Below are positions 51,292-61,024 of a stretch of 64,000 bases of DNA, one piece after another. The DNA is from Roseinatronobacter sp. (GTDB taxonomy: Bacteria; Pseudomonadota; Alphaproteobacteria; Rhodobacterales; Rhodobacteraceae). Location of the stretch: NCBI GenBank assembly GCA_046296275.1, contig JBKBLP010000007.1:33268-97267 (forward strand), written 5' to 3'. The notes beneath the pieces are model-generated. The model was not told the origin of the DNA. It saw nothing but the letters and a program-made list of their open reading frames with translations, and did no database searches. The position numbers and the translations under genes were made by a program. Within the stretch, counting starts at the first letter, position 1. Each line of letters begins with the position of its first letter.

Positions 51292-51687
51292 TCAGGGCCT
51301 GCGCGCTACCATGTCGATTTCCACCAGCGCCCCCACGGCCAGACCGCTCACGCCGATGCAGGTGCGGGCGGGCAGGCGGCTTTCGGGGAAGAAGCTGCGC
51401 CATGTGGCGTTCATCTCGGCATAATCGCGGTCGAAATGGGTCAGATAGACGCGCGCTTGCACGACATGCTCCAGCCCCAGCCCCATCCCTGAGAGCACGA
51501 TCTTCAGGTTTTCGACAGTGCGGATGGTCTGGGCTGCCACACCATCCGGCAGGGGGGCGTCAGGGGCGTCGGGATAGGTAGGCATCTGGCCTGTCAGGAA
51601 CACCCAACCGCCGGCCTCGACTGCATGCGAAAAGGGGGCGACAGGGCGGGGGGCGCCGTCGATCATGTGAAAGCTGGGCAGGGGCAT
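51292..51687 (-). CDS. RidA/YjgF family protein
   Basis: PFSHAVEAGGWVFLTGQ, MNATW..FF, PARTCIGV..L..GALVEID. Confidence 0.9.
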   Translation of the reverse strand: MPLPSFHMIDGAPRPVAPFSHAVEAGGWVFLTGQMPTYPDAPDAPLPDGVAAQTIRTVENLKIVLSGMGLGLEHVVQARVYLTHFDRDYAEMNATWRSFFPESRLPARTCIGVSGLAVGALVEIDMVARRP

Positions 51688-51923
51688 GGGGGACTCCGGT
51701 TTGAGGGTCTCGCAAATGGGCCGGAAAACGCGCGGCACGTCAACTGTGGCTATACCCTTGACAGGCAAGCAGGCTTCGCGCATATGCAGGCCTCCGTTCG
51801 GGCATGCGGTCCGCGCGGGCTTTCAGCTATTGCCCCGTATCCGGGGCACGCTGTCCGACGGCACAAAACGCCTGCCATGATCGCAGGGGCCACAGGGCGC
51901 GGCAGAGAAAAAGGAACAGACCG

Positions 51924-52319
51924 ATGTTTGCGGTCCTGAAAACTGGTGGCAAGCAATACCGTGTGCAGGCGGGCGACGTCCTGCGGGTAGAGCTTCTGGC
52001 CGCCGAAGCTGGTGACAAGATCCAGTTCAACGAAATCCTGATGCTGGGCGGCGATGCCCCCGTCGTCGGTGCACCCCTTGTGGCGGATGCCGCCGTGCAG
52101 GCCGAAGTCATCGACCGCATCAAGGCGGACAAGGTGATTTCCTATGTCAAGCGCCGCCGCAAGCACAGCTCGCAGCGCACGCGCGGGCACCGTCAGAAGC
52201 TGACGCTGGTGCGGATTACGGATATTCTGGCCTCGGGCGCATCTGCGTCGGGCGTCAAGGCCGCCATCGGCACGAATGCAAAACCTGCGGCCGACGTTGC
52301 CGCCACTGCAGCGGAGTAA
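51924..52319 (+). CDS. rplU: 50S ribosomal protein L21
   Basis: MFAVLKTGGKQYRV...RGHRQKLT. Confidence 0.97.
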   Translation: MFAVLKTGGKQYRVQAGDVLRVELLAAEAGDKIQFNEILMLGGDAPVVGAPLVADAAVQAEVIDRIKADKVISYVKRRRKHSSQRTRGHRQKLTLVRITDILASGASASGVKAAIGTNAKPAADVAATAAE

Positions 52320-52325
52320 TCCCCC

Positions 52326-52595
52326 ATGGCACACAAGAAAGCAGGCGGTTCATCCCGCAACGGTCGCGACTCGGCTGGGCGTCGCTTGGGCGTGAAAATT
52401 TATGGCGGCCAAGCTGTCATTGCGGGCAACATCATCGTGCGCCAGCGCGGCACCAAGCATTGGCCGGGTGCAGGCGTGGGCATTGGCCGCGACCACACGC
52501 TCTTTGCGCTGACCGATGGTCAGGTCGTGTTTGCAAAGGGTTACAAGGGGCGCAGCTTTGTGTCCGTGATGCCGGTGGAAACTGCAGCAGAGTAA
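52326..52595 (+). CDS. rpmA: 50S ribosomal protein L27
   Basis: [24 protein letters not shown]. Confidence 0.99.
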   Translation: MAHKKAGGSSRNGRDSAGRRLGVKIYGGQAVIAGNIIVRQRGTKHWPGAGVGIGRDHTLFALTDGQVVFAKGYKGRSFVSVMPVETAAE

Positions 52596-52713
52596 GCCGA
52601 ACTTTTACATTTCAGATGTAAACGGGGTCGGCAGAGATGCCGGCCCCGACCCATTTGGGGCTCTGGTGTTGAGGAGCGACAGACCCCAATCAGGGACGCC
52701 GCGGAGGAGCGAC

Positions 52714-53259
52714 ATGACCTTGACCACCCCTTTGCAGGCCGATCAGCCTGTCTTGACCACGGAACGGATGGTGCTGCGGCCCTTGCAGCGCTCTGATTCG
52801 GCGCTTTTGGCGATGTATACGGGCGACAAGCGCGTGGCCGAAGGCACGCGGTCGATCCCCCATCCGCTGCCGCCCGGCGCGACCGAAGCCTTCATCGCGC
52901 GCGCCACATCGCCCAAGCGGGACGAAGATGTGTGGGTGCTTGACGGATCCGCGAAGGGGTCGGCGGAAGTGCTGGGGCTGATCAGCCTCAAGCCGCTCGA
53001 CCGGGGGCAAAGCCAGATCGGCTATTGGGTGGCACCTGCCTTCTGGAATGCGGGCTTCGCGTCCGAAGCCCTGCGCGCTGTGATCCGGGCCAATCCGCAT
53101 GGCAACCGCACGCTTTTTGCCGAAGTGTTTCAGGACAATGCCGCATCCGCGCATGTGCTGACAAATGCCGGTTTCGACTATCTGGGCGAGGCCGAAACCT
53201 ATTCCGTCGCCCGCCGCGCCGTTGTGCCCACCTGGACCTATATCCGGCGGATGGACTGA
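52714..53259 (+). CDS. GNAT (RimJ/RimL-like) N-acetyltransferase
   Basis: TERMVLRPL, IGYWVAPAFWNAGFASEA, DNAASAHVLTNAGF. Confidence 0.88.
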   Translation: MTLTTPLQADQPVLTTERMVLRPLQRSDSALLAMYTGDKRVAEGTRSIPHPLPPGATEAFIARATSPKRDEDVWVLDGSAKGSAEVLGLISLKPLDRGQSQIGYWVAPAFWNAGFASEALRAVIRANPHGNRTLFAEVFQDNAASAHVLTNAGFDYLGEAETYSVARRAVVPTWTYIRRMD

Positions 53260-53260
53260 C

Positions 53261-53815
53261 ATGCCGGCGCTGCCCTTGGCGGTTGCTGGATCGCTGCCGG
53301 GGCTGCATCTGCGGGCGCTGGTGCCGGGGGATGCACCTGCCTTTCATGCCATCGTCACGCGTGAAAGCGTGGGGCGGATGCTGTTTGCCTTCCCGCCGGG
53401 CTGGACGCTTGAACATGCGTGCGCGCTGATGGCCGAACACGCGCAGCCGCTCGCGCCGCCCTTTCGACTGGCCATTGCCGACGGGTCAGGCGGGCTGATC
53501 GGCTCGGTGGGCTTTGCCACTGGCAAATCGGACGAGATCGCGTTCTTCCTGCATCCCGACCATGCCGGGCAGGGGGTTATGCGCGCGGCGCTGCCTGTCT
53601 TTGTGGGTGCCGTGTTCACGGCCTTCGACCTGCCCGAATTGCGCGCGGTGGTCTATCACGACAACCCATCCTCGCGCGCGGTGCTGAAGCGGACGGGCTT
53701 TGTGTGGGCAGGGCAGCATTCGGGGCGTTGCTCGTCTTGGCGGGCGGGCGCAGAGCGGCTTGACACGTTCACCCTGACCCGCGCCGCCTGGGATGCGCGC
53801 AAAAACGGCATGTGA
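53261..53815 (+). CDS. GNAT (RimJ/RimL-like) N-acetyltransferase
   Basis: IAFFLHPDHAGQGVM, DNPSSRAVLKRTGF; ATG at 53261 directly after the upstream stop. Confidence 0.82.
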   Translation: MPALPLAVAGSLPGLHLRALVPGDAPAFHAIVTRESVGRMLFAFPPGWTLEHACALMAEHAQPLAPPFRLAIADGSGGLIGSVGFATGKSDEIAFFLHPDHAGQGVMRAALPVFVGAVFTAFDLPELRAVVYHDNPSSRAVLKRTGFVWAGQHSGRCSSWRAGAERLDTFTLTRAAWDARKNGM

Positions 53816-53905
53816 CAAAATCCTGTGCAGATGTGATCTGCGACCCCTAGACCTGCGTCATGGTTTTGTTAAACTCGCCACACGAAATAATTTTAGGCGC
53901 AGCAC

Positions 53906-54679
53906 ATGGCCCGCCCGGTCGTCGGTATCATCGGCAATTCCCACCTGATCAATGATCAATATCCTGCCTTTGCCTGTGGCCGGATGAATTCTGAAGCCAT
54001 CGCGCATGTCGCGGGGTGCTTGCCGCTGGTGGTGCCATCGGACCCGCGGCTGGTCTCGGTCGCGGAATTGCTCGATGTGTGTGATGGGTTTTTGCTGACC
54101 GGGGGGCGGCCCAATGTCCATCCCGAGGAATATGGCGAGCCGGAAACGCCGGCCCATGGGGCCTTTGACCGCGAACGCGACGCTGTGGTGCTTCCGCTGA
54201 TCCGGGCCTGTGTGGAGCGTGGGCAACCGATCCTGGGCGTCTGCCGGGGGTTTCAGGAAGTCAATGTCGCTATGGGCGGCACGCTTTACCCCGAAATCCG
54301 CGATCTGCCGGGGCGGATGAACCACCGGATGCCGCCCGATGGCACGCTGGAGGAGAAATTCGCGCTGCGCCATCCGGTGCGGTTTACCTCGGGCGGGGTG
54401 TTTCACCGTCTGATGGGCGCGCAAGAGGTGATGACGAACACGCTGCACGGCCAAGGGATCAAACGGGCGGGCTTGCGCGTGGTGATCGACGGCCACGCCC
54501 CCGATGGCACACCGGAAGCGATCTATGTGGACGGCGCGCGCGGCTTCACGTTGTCGGTGCAGTGGCACCCGGAATATCGCGCGGGCGAGGATCCGGTATC
54601 GCGGCCTTTGTTCGAGGCGTTTGGGGCTGCAGTGCGCGGCTGGGCCAAGGGGCGGCAGCCTTTCGCGCTGAGCGCCTAG
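53906..54679 (+). CDS. gamma-glutamyl-gamma-aminobutyrate hydrolase family (peptidase C26) protein
   Basis: LLTGG, LGVCRGFQE (nucleophile Cys), VQWHPE. Confidence 0.9.
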   Translation: MARPVVGIIGNSHLINDQYPAFACGRMNSEAIAHVAGCLPLVVPSDPRLVSVAELLDVCDGFLLTGGRPNVHPEEYGEPETPAHGAFDRERDAVVLPLIRACVERGQPILGVCRGFQEVNVAMGGTLYPEIRDLPGRMNHRMPPDGTLEEKFALRHPVRFTSGGVFHRLMGAQEVMTNTLHGQGIKRAGLRVVIDGHAPDGTPEAIYVDGARGFTLSVQWHPEYRAGEDPVSRPLFEAFGAAVRGWAKGRQPFALSA

Positions 54680-54853
54680 CTCTGTCGCATGTCCTGAAGC
54701 GCAAGACTGCGTCCCGCTTTCGCGCGACAAGCTTGGACCTGCGCGCGCTGCGTCAGGCATTCGGTTAACACTCTGTCCTATTCTGGTCCTCTCGGCGGGG
54801 CAGGCTTGGTCCTGTCCATGCCATGCAGGGGGCCAAAGGACAGGCTATGCGAC

Positions 54854-55228
54854 ATGACCCAAGACTTTCGTCCCCAGATGGGGCAATTGAACGACCCGGA
54901 CGGGCCGATTTCGCCCGAAAGGATGGTGGCGTATTCGCAGACCTTGCTCAGTCTGGCGATTGCCCGGTTATCCACGCTGCTTGCGGGATACGAGGATCAG
55001 CCGATTGGGGCCGCCAAGGAGTTGGCAGAGGAATTCCGCGCCCTGCGCAAGGCTGTGGAGATTGCGTATCATGAGCGCGCCCAACTTCAAAAGCTCGCGC
55101 GGGAAAGCGGCGGCGGGGGCACGGGTGGCGCCCTTGACCTTGACGCAGCCCGCAGCGAAATCGCCCGCCGCCTTGATCGCCTCCGCGCTGCCGAGTGTGG
55201 CAGCGGCCTTTCTGGCGGGGCTGAGTGA
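54854..55228 (+). CDS. GTA small terminase (g1)
   Basis: C-terminal GALDLDAARSEIARRLDRLRAA motif; first gene of the cluster. Confidence 0.8.
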   Translation: MTQDFRPQMGQLNDPDGPISPERMVAYSQTLLSLAIARLSTLLAGYEDQPIGAAKELAEEFRALRKAVEIAYHERAQLQKLARESGGGGTGGALDLDAARSEIARRLDRLRAAECGSGLSGGAE

Positions 55229-56501
55229 CAATGCCTTGGCAAGCCTGCCATGGCTGTTCGACTTCTGGGCGGCCCCCCACCAACTGCCCCCCGAGGGCGA
55301 TTGGCGCACATGGGTGTGCATGGGCGGGCGGGGCGCAGGCAAAACGCGTGCGGGGGCCGAATGGGTGCGCGCGCAAGTCGAAGGGGCAGGCCCGCGCGAT
55401 GTGGGCCAAGCCACACGCGTGGCTTTGGTGGCCGAAACTTATGACCAGGGGCGCGATGTGATGGTGTTTGGCGACAGTGGCATTCTGGCCTGCTGCCCGC
55501 CCGATCGCAAACCCGTCTGGGAAGCCACGCGCCGCAGGCTCGTCTGGCCCAATGGCGCGCAGGCGCAAGTGTTCAGCGCGTCGGACCCCGAAGCATTGCG
55601 CGGGCCGCAATTCGATGCGGCCTGGTGCGATGAGCTCGCCAAATGGCCGCGCGCGCAGGATACCTGGGACATGCTGCAATTCGCGCTGCGGCTTGGCCAA
55701 GAGCCGCGCGCGCTGGTCACGACCACGCCGCGCAATCAGACCACCCTGCGCGATATTCTGAAAAGCCCGTCCAGCGTGCTGACCCATGCCCCCACGGAAG
55801 CCAATCGCGCCTGGCTTGCGCCGTCCTTCCTGACGGAAATCCGCGCGCGCTATCGTGGCACCTCGCTTGAGCGGCAAGAGCTTGACGGGGTTTTGTTGGG
55901 CGATGTGCAGGGCACGCTCTGGCCTGCGGGGCTGGTGGATGCGGGGCGCGTGCGCGATGTGCCGCCGCTCTCGCGGGTGATCGTGGCCGTGGACCCGGCG
56001 GTGAGCCATCACAAGGGGTCAGATTTGTGCGGGATCATCGTGGCGGGGGCCGTGACCGACGGGCCGCCTGCGACATGGCGCGCCTATGTGCTGGAGGATG
56101 CGAGTTTGCGCGCCTCCTCGCCCACCGACTGGGCGCGCGCGGCGTTGGGCGCGGCGCGCAGGCACGGGGCGGATAGGATTGTGGCCGAAGTCAATCAGGG
56201 AGGCGCGATGGTGCAATCGGTGCTCGCGCAGATTGACCCGACGATGGCGTTCACGGCGGTCCATGCCACGCGCGGCAAGGCGTTGCGCGCCGAACCCGTG
56301 GCGGCTTTGTATGAACAGGGTCGGGTCCATCACTGCGCGCCTTTGGGCGAACTGGAGGACCAGATGGGCCAGATGACCGCGCAAGGCTGGCAGGGCAGCG
56401 GCAGCCCCGACAGGCTCGATGCGCTGGTCTGGGCGCTTCATGCGCTGATCCTTGCGCCCGTGGCCAAGGCCACGCGGCCTGCCCTGCGCACGCTCGGCTG
56501 A
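55134..56501 (+). CDS. GTA large terminase (g2)
   Basis: GGRGAGKT Walker A, LRGPQFDAAWCDE, VTTTP, VAVDP, SPDRLDA; start inferred at TTG 55134 inside g1. Confidence 0.92.
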   Translation: MTLTQPAAKSPAALIASALPSVAAAFLAGLSDNALASLPWLFDFWAAPHQLPPEGDWRTWVCMGGRGAGKTRAGAEWVRAQVEGAGPRDVGQATRVALVAETYDQGRDVMVFGDSGILACCPPDRKPVWEATRRRLVWPNGAQAQVFSASDPEALRGPQFDAAWCDELAKWPRAQDTWDMLQFALRLGQEPRALVTTTPRNQTTLRDILKSPSSVLTHAPTEANRAWLAPSFLTEIRARYRGTSLERQELDGVLLGDVQGTLWPAGLVDAGRVRDVPPLSRVIVAVDPAVSHHKGSDLCGIIVAGAVTDGPPATWRAYVLEDASLRASSPTDWARAALGAARRHGADRIVAEVNQGGAMVQSVLAQIDPTMAFTAVHATRGKALRAEPVAALYEQGRVHHCAPLGELEDQMGQMTAQGWQGSGSPDRLDALVWALHALILAPVAKATRPALRTLG

Positions 56502-56570
56502 GGGGGCGTTAACCGGGGGGCGCTAGGGTGGGTTCAACGATCTGAACGGGGTTTCTTCAAGCTACGGCGC

Positions 56571-56633
56571 GGGGCTGTCTGCCCCCGTCCTGCCAGTGGC
56601 CGAACCCCCGAGAGTATTTGCGGCAAGATAAAG
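56571..56633 (+). repeat. REP-like palindromic element (copy 2) between GTA terminase and portal
   Basis: GGGGC-TGTCT-GCCCC hairpin and CCCCCGAGAGTATTTGCGGCAAGATAAAG tail. Confidence 0.72.
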
Positions 56634-56659
56634 CCCGCGAGGCAAGCAAGAGAGGCAGC

Positions 56660-57871
56660 ATGTTTGAATTTCTGCGAAAGGCGCCCCAGCAGGCGCAGGC
56701 GGGCGGGGCAGAGGCGAAAGCCTCGGCTGTGGGGCCGCTGACGGCGGGGCGCGTAGGGCGGCAGGGCGCAGTGCCTGCGGCGGTAACGGCTGCGGTTCGG
56801 GGCGAGCGCGATGGCGCGCGGCTGGCGCGGGCGGGGTTTCTGGGCAATCCTGTGGGCTACCGCGCCGTGCGGTTGATCTCGGAAGCCGCCGCCGCCCTGC
56901 CGCTTGTCGTGCAAGATACCGAGCGGCGCTATGAGGCGCATCCGCTGATGGCGCTTCTGGACCGCCCCAACCCCGTGCAGGGGCGCGCGGAATTGTTTGA
57001 AGCACTTTATGCCCAGCTTTTGCTGACCGGGAATGCCTATCTGGAAGCAGTCACGGATGAGGCGGGCGCGTTGGGCGAGTTGCATGTGCTGCGCGCAGAT
57101 CGGGTAAAGGTCGTGCCGGGCGCTGATGGTTGGCCTGTGGCCTATGATTACATCGTGGGCAATCGCGCGCATCGCTTTGCCATGCAGGGCGGGCGCGGTC
57201 CGATTTGTCATATTCGGGCGTTCCATCCGAGCGATGACCACTATGGTCTGTCGCCTTTGGAAGCCGCGAGCGGCGCGATCGAGGTGCATAACGCCGCGTC
57301 CCGCTGGTCGCGGGCGCTGTTGGAAAATGCCGCGCGGCCTTCGGGGGCAATCATTTATCGCGGCGAGACTGGCGCGGGCACGCTGAGCCCTGAGCAATTC
57401 GAGCGCCTGCAATCCGAGATGGAAGCCTATCATCAGGGCGCGCGCAATGCGGGGCGGCCGATGTTGCTGGAGGGCGGGCTTGACTGGAAGCCCATGGGCT
57501 TTTCGCCTTCGGACATGGAATTTCACCGCACCAAGGAAGCGGCAGCGCGCGAGATCGCCGTGGCCTTTGGCATCCCGCCCATGCTGCTGGGCATTCCCGG
57601 CGAGGCGACATATGCCAATTATCAGGAAGCCCACCGGGCGTTTTATCGCCTGACGGTCCTGCCTTTGGCGGCGCGCGTCACAGCCTCGGTCGCGCATTGG
57701 TTGTCGGATTTCGTGCCGGGCGATGTGGTGCTGCGCCCGGACCTGGATCAGGTGCCCGCGCTTGCGCAAGAGCGAGACGCGCAATGGCGGCGCGTGGCGG
57801 AAGCCGATTTCCTGACCTCGTCTGAAAAGCGCGCGCTTCTGGGCCTGCCGCCACTGGTCGAGGGCGCATGA
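56660..57871 (+). CDS. GTA portal protein (g3, HK97 type)
   Basis: LLTGNAY, YGLSPL, NAARPSGAI, LLEGGLDW, AFGIPPMLLG, TYANYQE. Confidence 0.94.
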   Translation: MFEFLRKAPQQAQAGGAEAKASAVGPLTAGRVGRQGAVPAAVTAAVRGERDGARLARAGFLGNPVGYRAVRLISEAAAALPLVVQDTERRYEAHPLMALLDRPNPVQGRAELFEALYAQLLLTGNAYLEAVTDEAGALGELHVLRADRVKVVPGADGWPVAYDYIVGNRAHRFAMQGGRGPICHIRAFHPSDDHYGLSPLEAASGAIEVHNAASRWSRALLENAARPSGAIIYRGETGAGTLSPEQFERLQSEMEAYHQGARNAGRPMLLEGGLDWKPMGFSPSDMEFHRTKEAAAREIAVAFGIPPMLLGIPGEATYANYQEAHRAFYRLTVLPLAARVTASVAHWLSDFVPGDVVLRPDLDQVPALAQERDAQWRRVAEADFLTSSEKRALLGLPPLVEGA

Positions 57872-58110
57872 GCACGCGCGGCAAGGTGGGGGGCTCGCGG
57901 TTCCTGTATGACAGTTTCGACATGACGCAGGCGCGCATCGACGCGCAAGAGCGGGTGTTCGAGCTGCGCAAGGAGGCGCTCGAATTTCGCATAGCCCGGC
58001 TGGAAGTGGCCGTCGAGCGGTTGGAAAAGCGGCTTTGGGTCGCGGTTTACGGGGTTGCGGCATCGGTGCTGGTACATGGCGCGCTGGCCCTTGTGCAGGC
58101 GCTGAAATGA
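57868..58110 (+). CDS. GTA head formation protein (g3.5)
   Basis: ERLEKRLWVAVYGV motif; ATGA coupling on both sides. Confidence 0.8.
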   Translation: MSTRGKVGGSRFLYDSFDMTQARIDAQERVFELRKEALEFRIARLEVAVERLEKRLWVAVYGVAASVLVHGALALVQALK

Positions 58111-58673
58111 GGAGTTTGGATATGGAAACCAAGTTTTGCGCCCCCACCAAAGGGCTGCATTTGGGCGAAGGCTGGCAGATTTCTGGCTATGCCAGTCTGT
58201 TTGGCTTGCGCGACAAGGGCGGGGATGTGGTGGCGCGCGGGGCCTATGCGGCGTGCCTCGCCCGCATGGCCGCGAAGGGTGAACAGGTGCGGATGCTTTG
58301 GCAGCATGACCCTGCCCAGCCCATCGGTGTCTGGGAAGAGGTGTTCGAGGATGCGCGCGGGCTGTTCGTCAAGGGCCGTCTGCTGCCCGATGTGGCGCGC
58401 GCGCGGGAAGCTGCAGCACTCTTGCAGGCGAAAGCCATGGATGGGCTGTCGATTGGCTACCGCACCTTGCGCGCGGCCAAGCTGGCAGATGGCGGGCGCA
58501 GTCTGATCGAGCTTGATCTGTGGGAAGTCTCGCTTGTGACCTTCCCCATGTTGCCTGAAGCGCGGCTTGCGCAAAAGGCCGCGGATGACGCGCTTTTGCG
58601 CGACATTGCTGCACTGCGTGCGACCCTGCGCGGGGCTGTTGCGCAGATGACCGGGCAGCGCACGCAGCCCTAA
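58107..58673 (+). CDS. GTA prohead protease (g4, HK97 family)
   Basis: GYASLFG, MLWQHD, GLSIGY, LWEVSLVTFPM; alternative start at 58122. Confidence 0.93.
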   Translation: MRSLDMETKFCAPTKGLHLGEGWQISGYASLFGLRDKGGDVVARGAYAACLARMAAKGEQVRMLWQHDPAQPIGVWEEVFEDARGLFVKGRLLPDVARAREAAALLQAKAMDGLSIGYRTLRAAKLADGGRSLIELDLWEVSLVTFPMLPEARLAQKAADDALLRDIAALRATLRGAVAQMTGQRTQP

Positions 58674-58735
58674 CCGGATCGCAAGAGCACCCGTGCAGAG
58701 TGCATCAAGCGAAGAATATACAAACGGAGAACCCC

Positions 58736-59947
58736 ATGACCAACCCCGTGCCCCCGGCACAGGGACCGCTGGCGGCTTGCGCTGACCCCGGTCCCGAACT
58801 CGCCCCAGAAGTCAAGTCCAGCCTGAGCGGACTGGCCGAAGACCTGACGGCGTTTCAAGCCGTCCTCACCCAGAAGTTGCAACAACAGGAAGAGCGCCTG
58901 ACCATGCTGGATCGCAAGACTGCCTTCACTCATTCCCGCCCCGCGCTGAGCAGCGCTGTGGCCCCCGACCATCTGCATCTGAAGGCGTTTGACGCCTATC
59001 TGCGCTCGGGCGATGACGCGCCTTTGCGTGGCCTGGACCTCGAGGGCAAGGCGCTCAACACCGCGATGGCGGGAGAGGGCGGCTATCTGGTCGATCCCGA
59101 AACCGCCGCCACGATCAAGGGCGTGCTGCATGCGACGGCCTCTATCCGCGCGATTGCGTCGGTGGTGACAGTTGAAGCGTCGAGCTTCGATGTGCTGGTC
59201 GATCACGGCGATTTCGGCTCGGGCTGGGCCACGGAAACGGCCAATCAGCTGGAAACCACGACGCCTGTCATCGACCGTATCCCAGTGCGCCTGCACGAGC
59301 TGTCCGCCATGCCCAAAGCAAGCCAAAGGCTGCTCGATGACAGCGCTTTTGACATTGAGGGCTGGCTCGCGCAGCGGATCGCGGCGAAATTCGCCCGCGC
59401 TGAAGCGGCGGCTTTCATCACCGGCGATGGTGTGGACAAGCCGCGCGGGTTTCTGACCCATACCAAAGTGGCCGATGCCAACTGGTCCTGGAACAACCTT
59501 GGCTATATCGCCACCGGCGCGGACGGCGATTTCGCGCAAGCCAACGCTGCCGATGCGATTGTCGATCTGGTCTACGCGCTGAACGCCACCTACCGCGCCA
59601 ATGCGACGTTTGTGATGAACTCGAAAACCGCAGGCGCCGTGCGCAAGATGAAAGACGCCGATGGCCGGTTCCTGTGGTCGGATGGTCTGGCCTCGGGAGA
59701 GCCTGCGCGGCTGATGGGCTATCCGGTTCTGGTGGCCGAAGACATGCCCGACATCGCCGCCGGGGCCTATGCGATTGCCTTTGGCGATTTCGCCGCCGGC
59801 TACACGATTGCCGAGCGTCCCGACATGCGCGTGCTGCGTGATCCGTTCAGCGCCAAGCCGCATGTCCTGTTCTACGCCACCAAGCGCGTGGGCGGGGCTG
59901 TGTCGGATTTCAAGGCGATCAAGCTGCTCCGGTTCTCGGAGGAGTAA
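58736..59947 (+). CDS. GTA major capsid protein (g5)
   Basis: GGYLVDP, SQRLLDDSAFD, GDGVDKPRG, FGDF, LRDPFSAKPHVLFYATKRVGG. Confidence 0.96.
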   Translation: MTNPVPPAQGPLAACADPGPELAPEVKSSLSGLAEDLTAFQAVLTQKLQQQEERLTMLDRKTAFTHSRPALSSAVAPDHLHLKAFDAYLRSGDDAPLRGLDLEGKALNTAMAGEGGYLVDPETAATIKGVLHATASIRAIASVVTVEASSFDVLVDHGDFGSGWATETANQLETTTPVIDRIPVRLHELSAMPKASQRLLDDSAFDIEGWLAQRIAAKFARAEAAAFITGDGVDKPRGFLTHTKVADANWSWNNLGYIATGADGDFAQANAADAIVDLVYALNATYRANATFVMNSKTAGAVRKMKDADGRFLWSDGLASGEPARLMGYPVLVAEDMPDIAAGAYAIAFGDFAAGYTIAERPDMRVLRDPFSAKPHVLFYATKRVGGAVSDFKAIKLLRFSEE

Positions 59948-60098
59948 TCCAGCCATCCTGCGGCGCGTTCGCATGCCGCAGGAGGGGTCCTGTCATGGGT
60001 GGGCGCGGTTCCGGTTTTCCCCCGCGCCCCCTGCAGCCGGGCACCGGCTCGCCCCCGGCGGGACCCCGGTCTTTTCATTTTACAGCGCAAGGTTTCCC

Positions 60099-60689
60099 AT
60101 GCAGCCTCTCGAAGTTTCTCCGATCCCTGATAGCGCCTTGCCTGTGGATGCGTTGCGCGAGCATCTGCGGCTGTCCTTTGGCTTTGCCGATGCCGTGACG
60201 CAGGACGCGCTGTTGATCCAGTATCTACGCGCGGCTTTGGCGCAGGTCGAGGCCCGCACAGGCCGCGCCCTTTATGCTCGTGCCTTTGTGCTGCGGCTGA
60301 ACCGTTGGCGGCACGATTACGCGCAACCGCTGCTCGTGGCCCCGGTCAGTTCGCTGACATCCGTCACACTGCGCGATGCGGCAGGTATGGAAACTGTGCT
60401 GCCTGCGCAGTCTTATCGGCTCGAAGCCGACACTTCCCGCCCGCGACTGGTGGCGGCGGGCATGAGCCTGCCGATGATCCCCACAGGCGGGGGCGCTGTC
60501 ATCCAGATGACGGCTGGTTTTGGCCCCGATTGGACCGACATTCCCGCCGATCTGCGCCAGGCTGTGCTGCTTCTGGCCGCGCAATTCTATGAAGCGCGCG
60601 ACACTGGCCTTGCCAAGGATACCGATTTCGGGGTGCGCGCTTTGCTTGAACGCTGGCGCGACATTCGTCTTGGGGGGGGGCAGGCATGA
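60099..60689 (+). CDS. GTA head-tail adaptor (g6)
   Basis: LPVDALREHLRL, AGFG..W.DIPADLRQAVLLLAAQFYE. Confidence 0.88.
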   Translation: MQPLEVSPIPDSALPVDALREHLRLSFGFADAVTQDALLIQYLRAALAQVEARTGRALYARAFVLRLNRWRHDYAQPLLVAPVSSLTSVTLRDAAGMETVLPAQSYRLEADTSRPRLVAAGMSLPMIPTGGGAVIQMTAGFGPDWTDIPADLRQAVLLLAAQFYEARDTGLAKDTDFGVRALLERWRDIRLGGGQA

Positions 60690-61024
60690 GCGCGCCGCGA
60701 CTGACCCGCGCCTTGGTGCTGGAGGCGCCTGTGGCGGTGCCCGATGGGGCAGGCGGGCAGGGCGTGTCATGGACGGCGCTGGGCACACTTTGGGCCGCGA
60801 TCAAACCCGGCGCAGGACGCGAACGGCAAGGGGTTCTGGGCGCGAGCGGCGAAGTCAGCTTGCGCATCACGCTCCGCGCCGCCCCCATGGACAGCACCGC
60901 ACGCCCCCGCGCGGGCCAACGCCTGCGCGACGGCGCGCGGGTGTTCCGCATCCTGTCGGTGATCGAAGCCGATCCCGCAGGCCGCTACCTGACCGCTACC
61001 GCGATCGAGGAGGAACCGGCATGA
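60686..61024 (+). CDS. GTA head-closure/stopper protein (g7)
   Basis: PDGAGG...W..LGTLWA, RP..GQRLRDG.RVF.I. Confidence 0.87.
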   Translation: MSAPRLTRALVLEAPVAVPDGAGGQGVSWTALGTLWAAIKPGAGRERQGVLGASGEVSLRITLRAAPMDSTARPRAGQRLRDGARVFRILSVIEADPAGRYLTATAIEEEPA

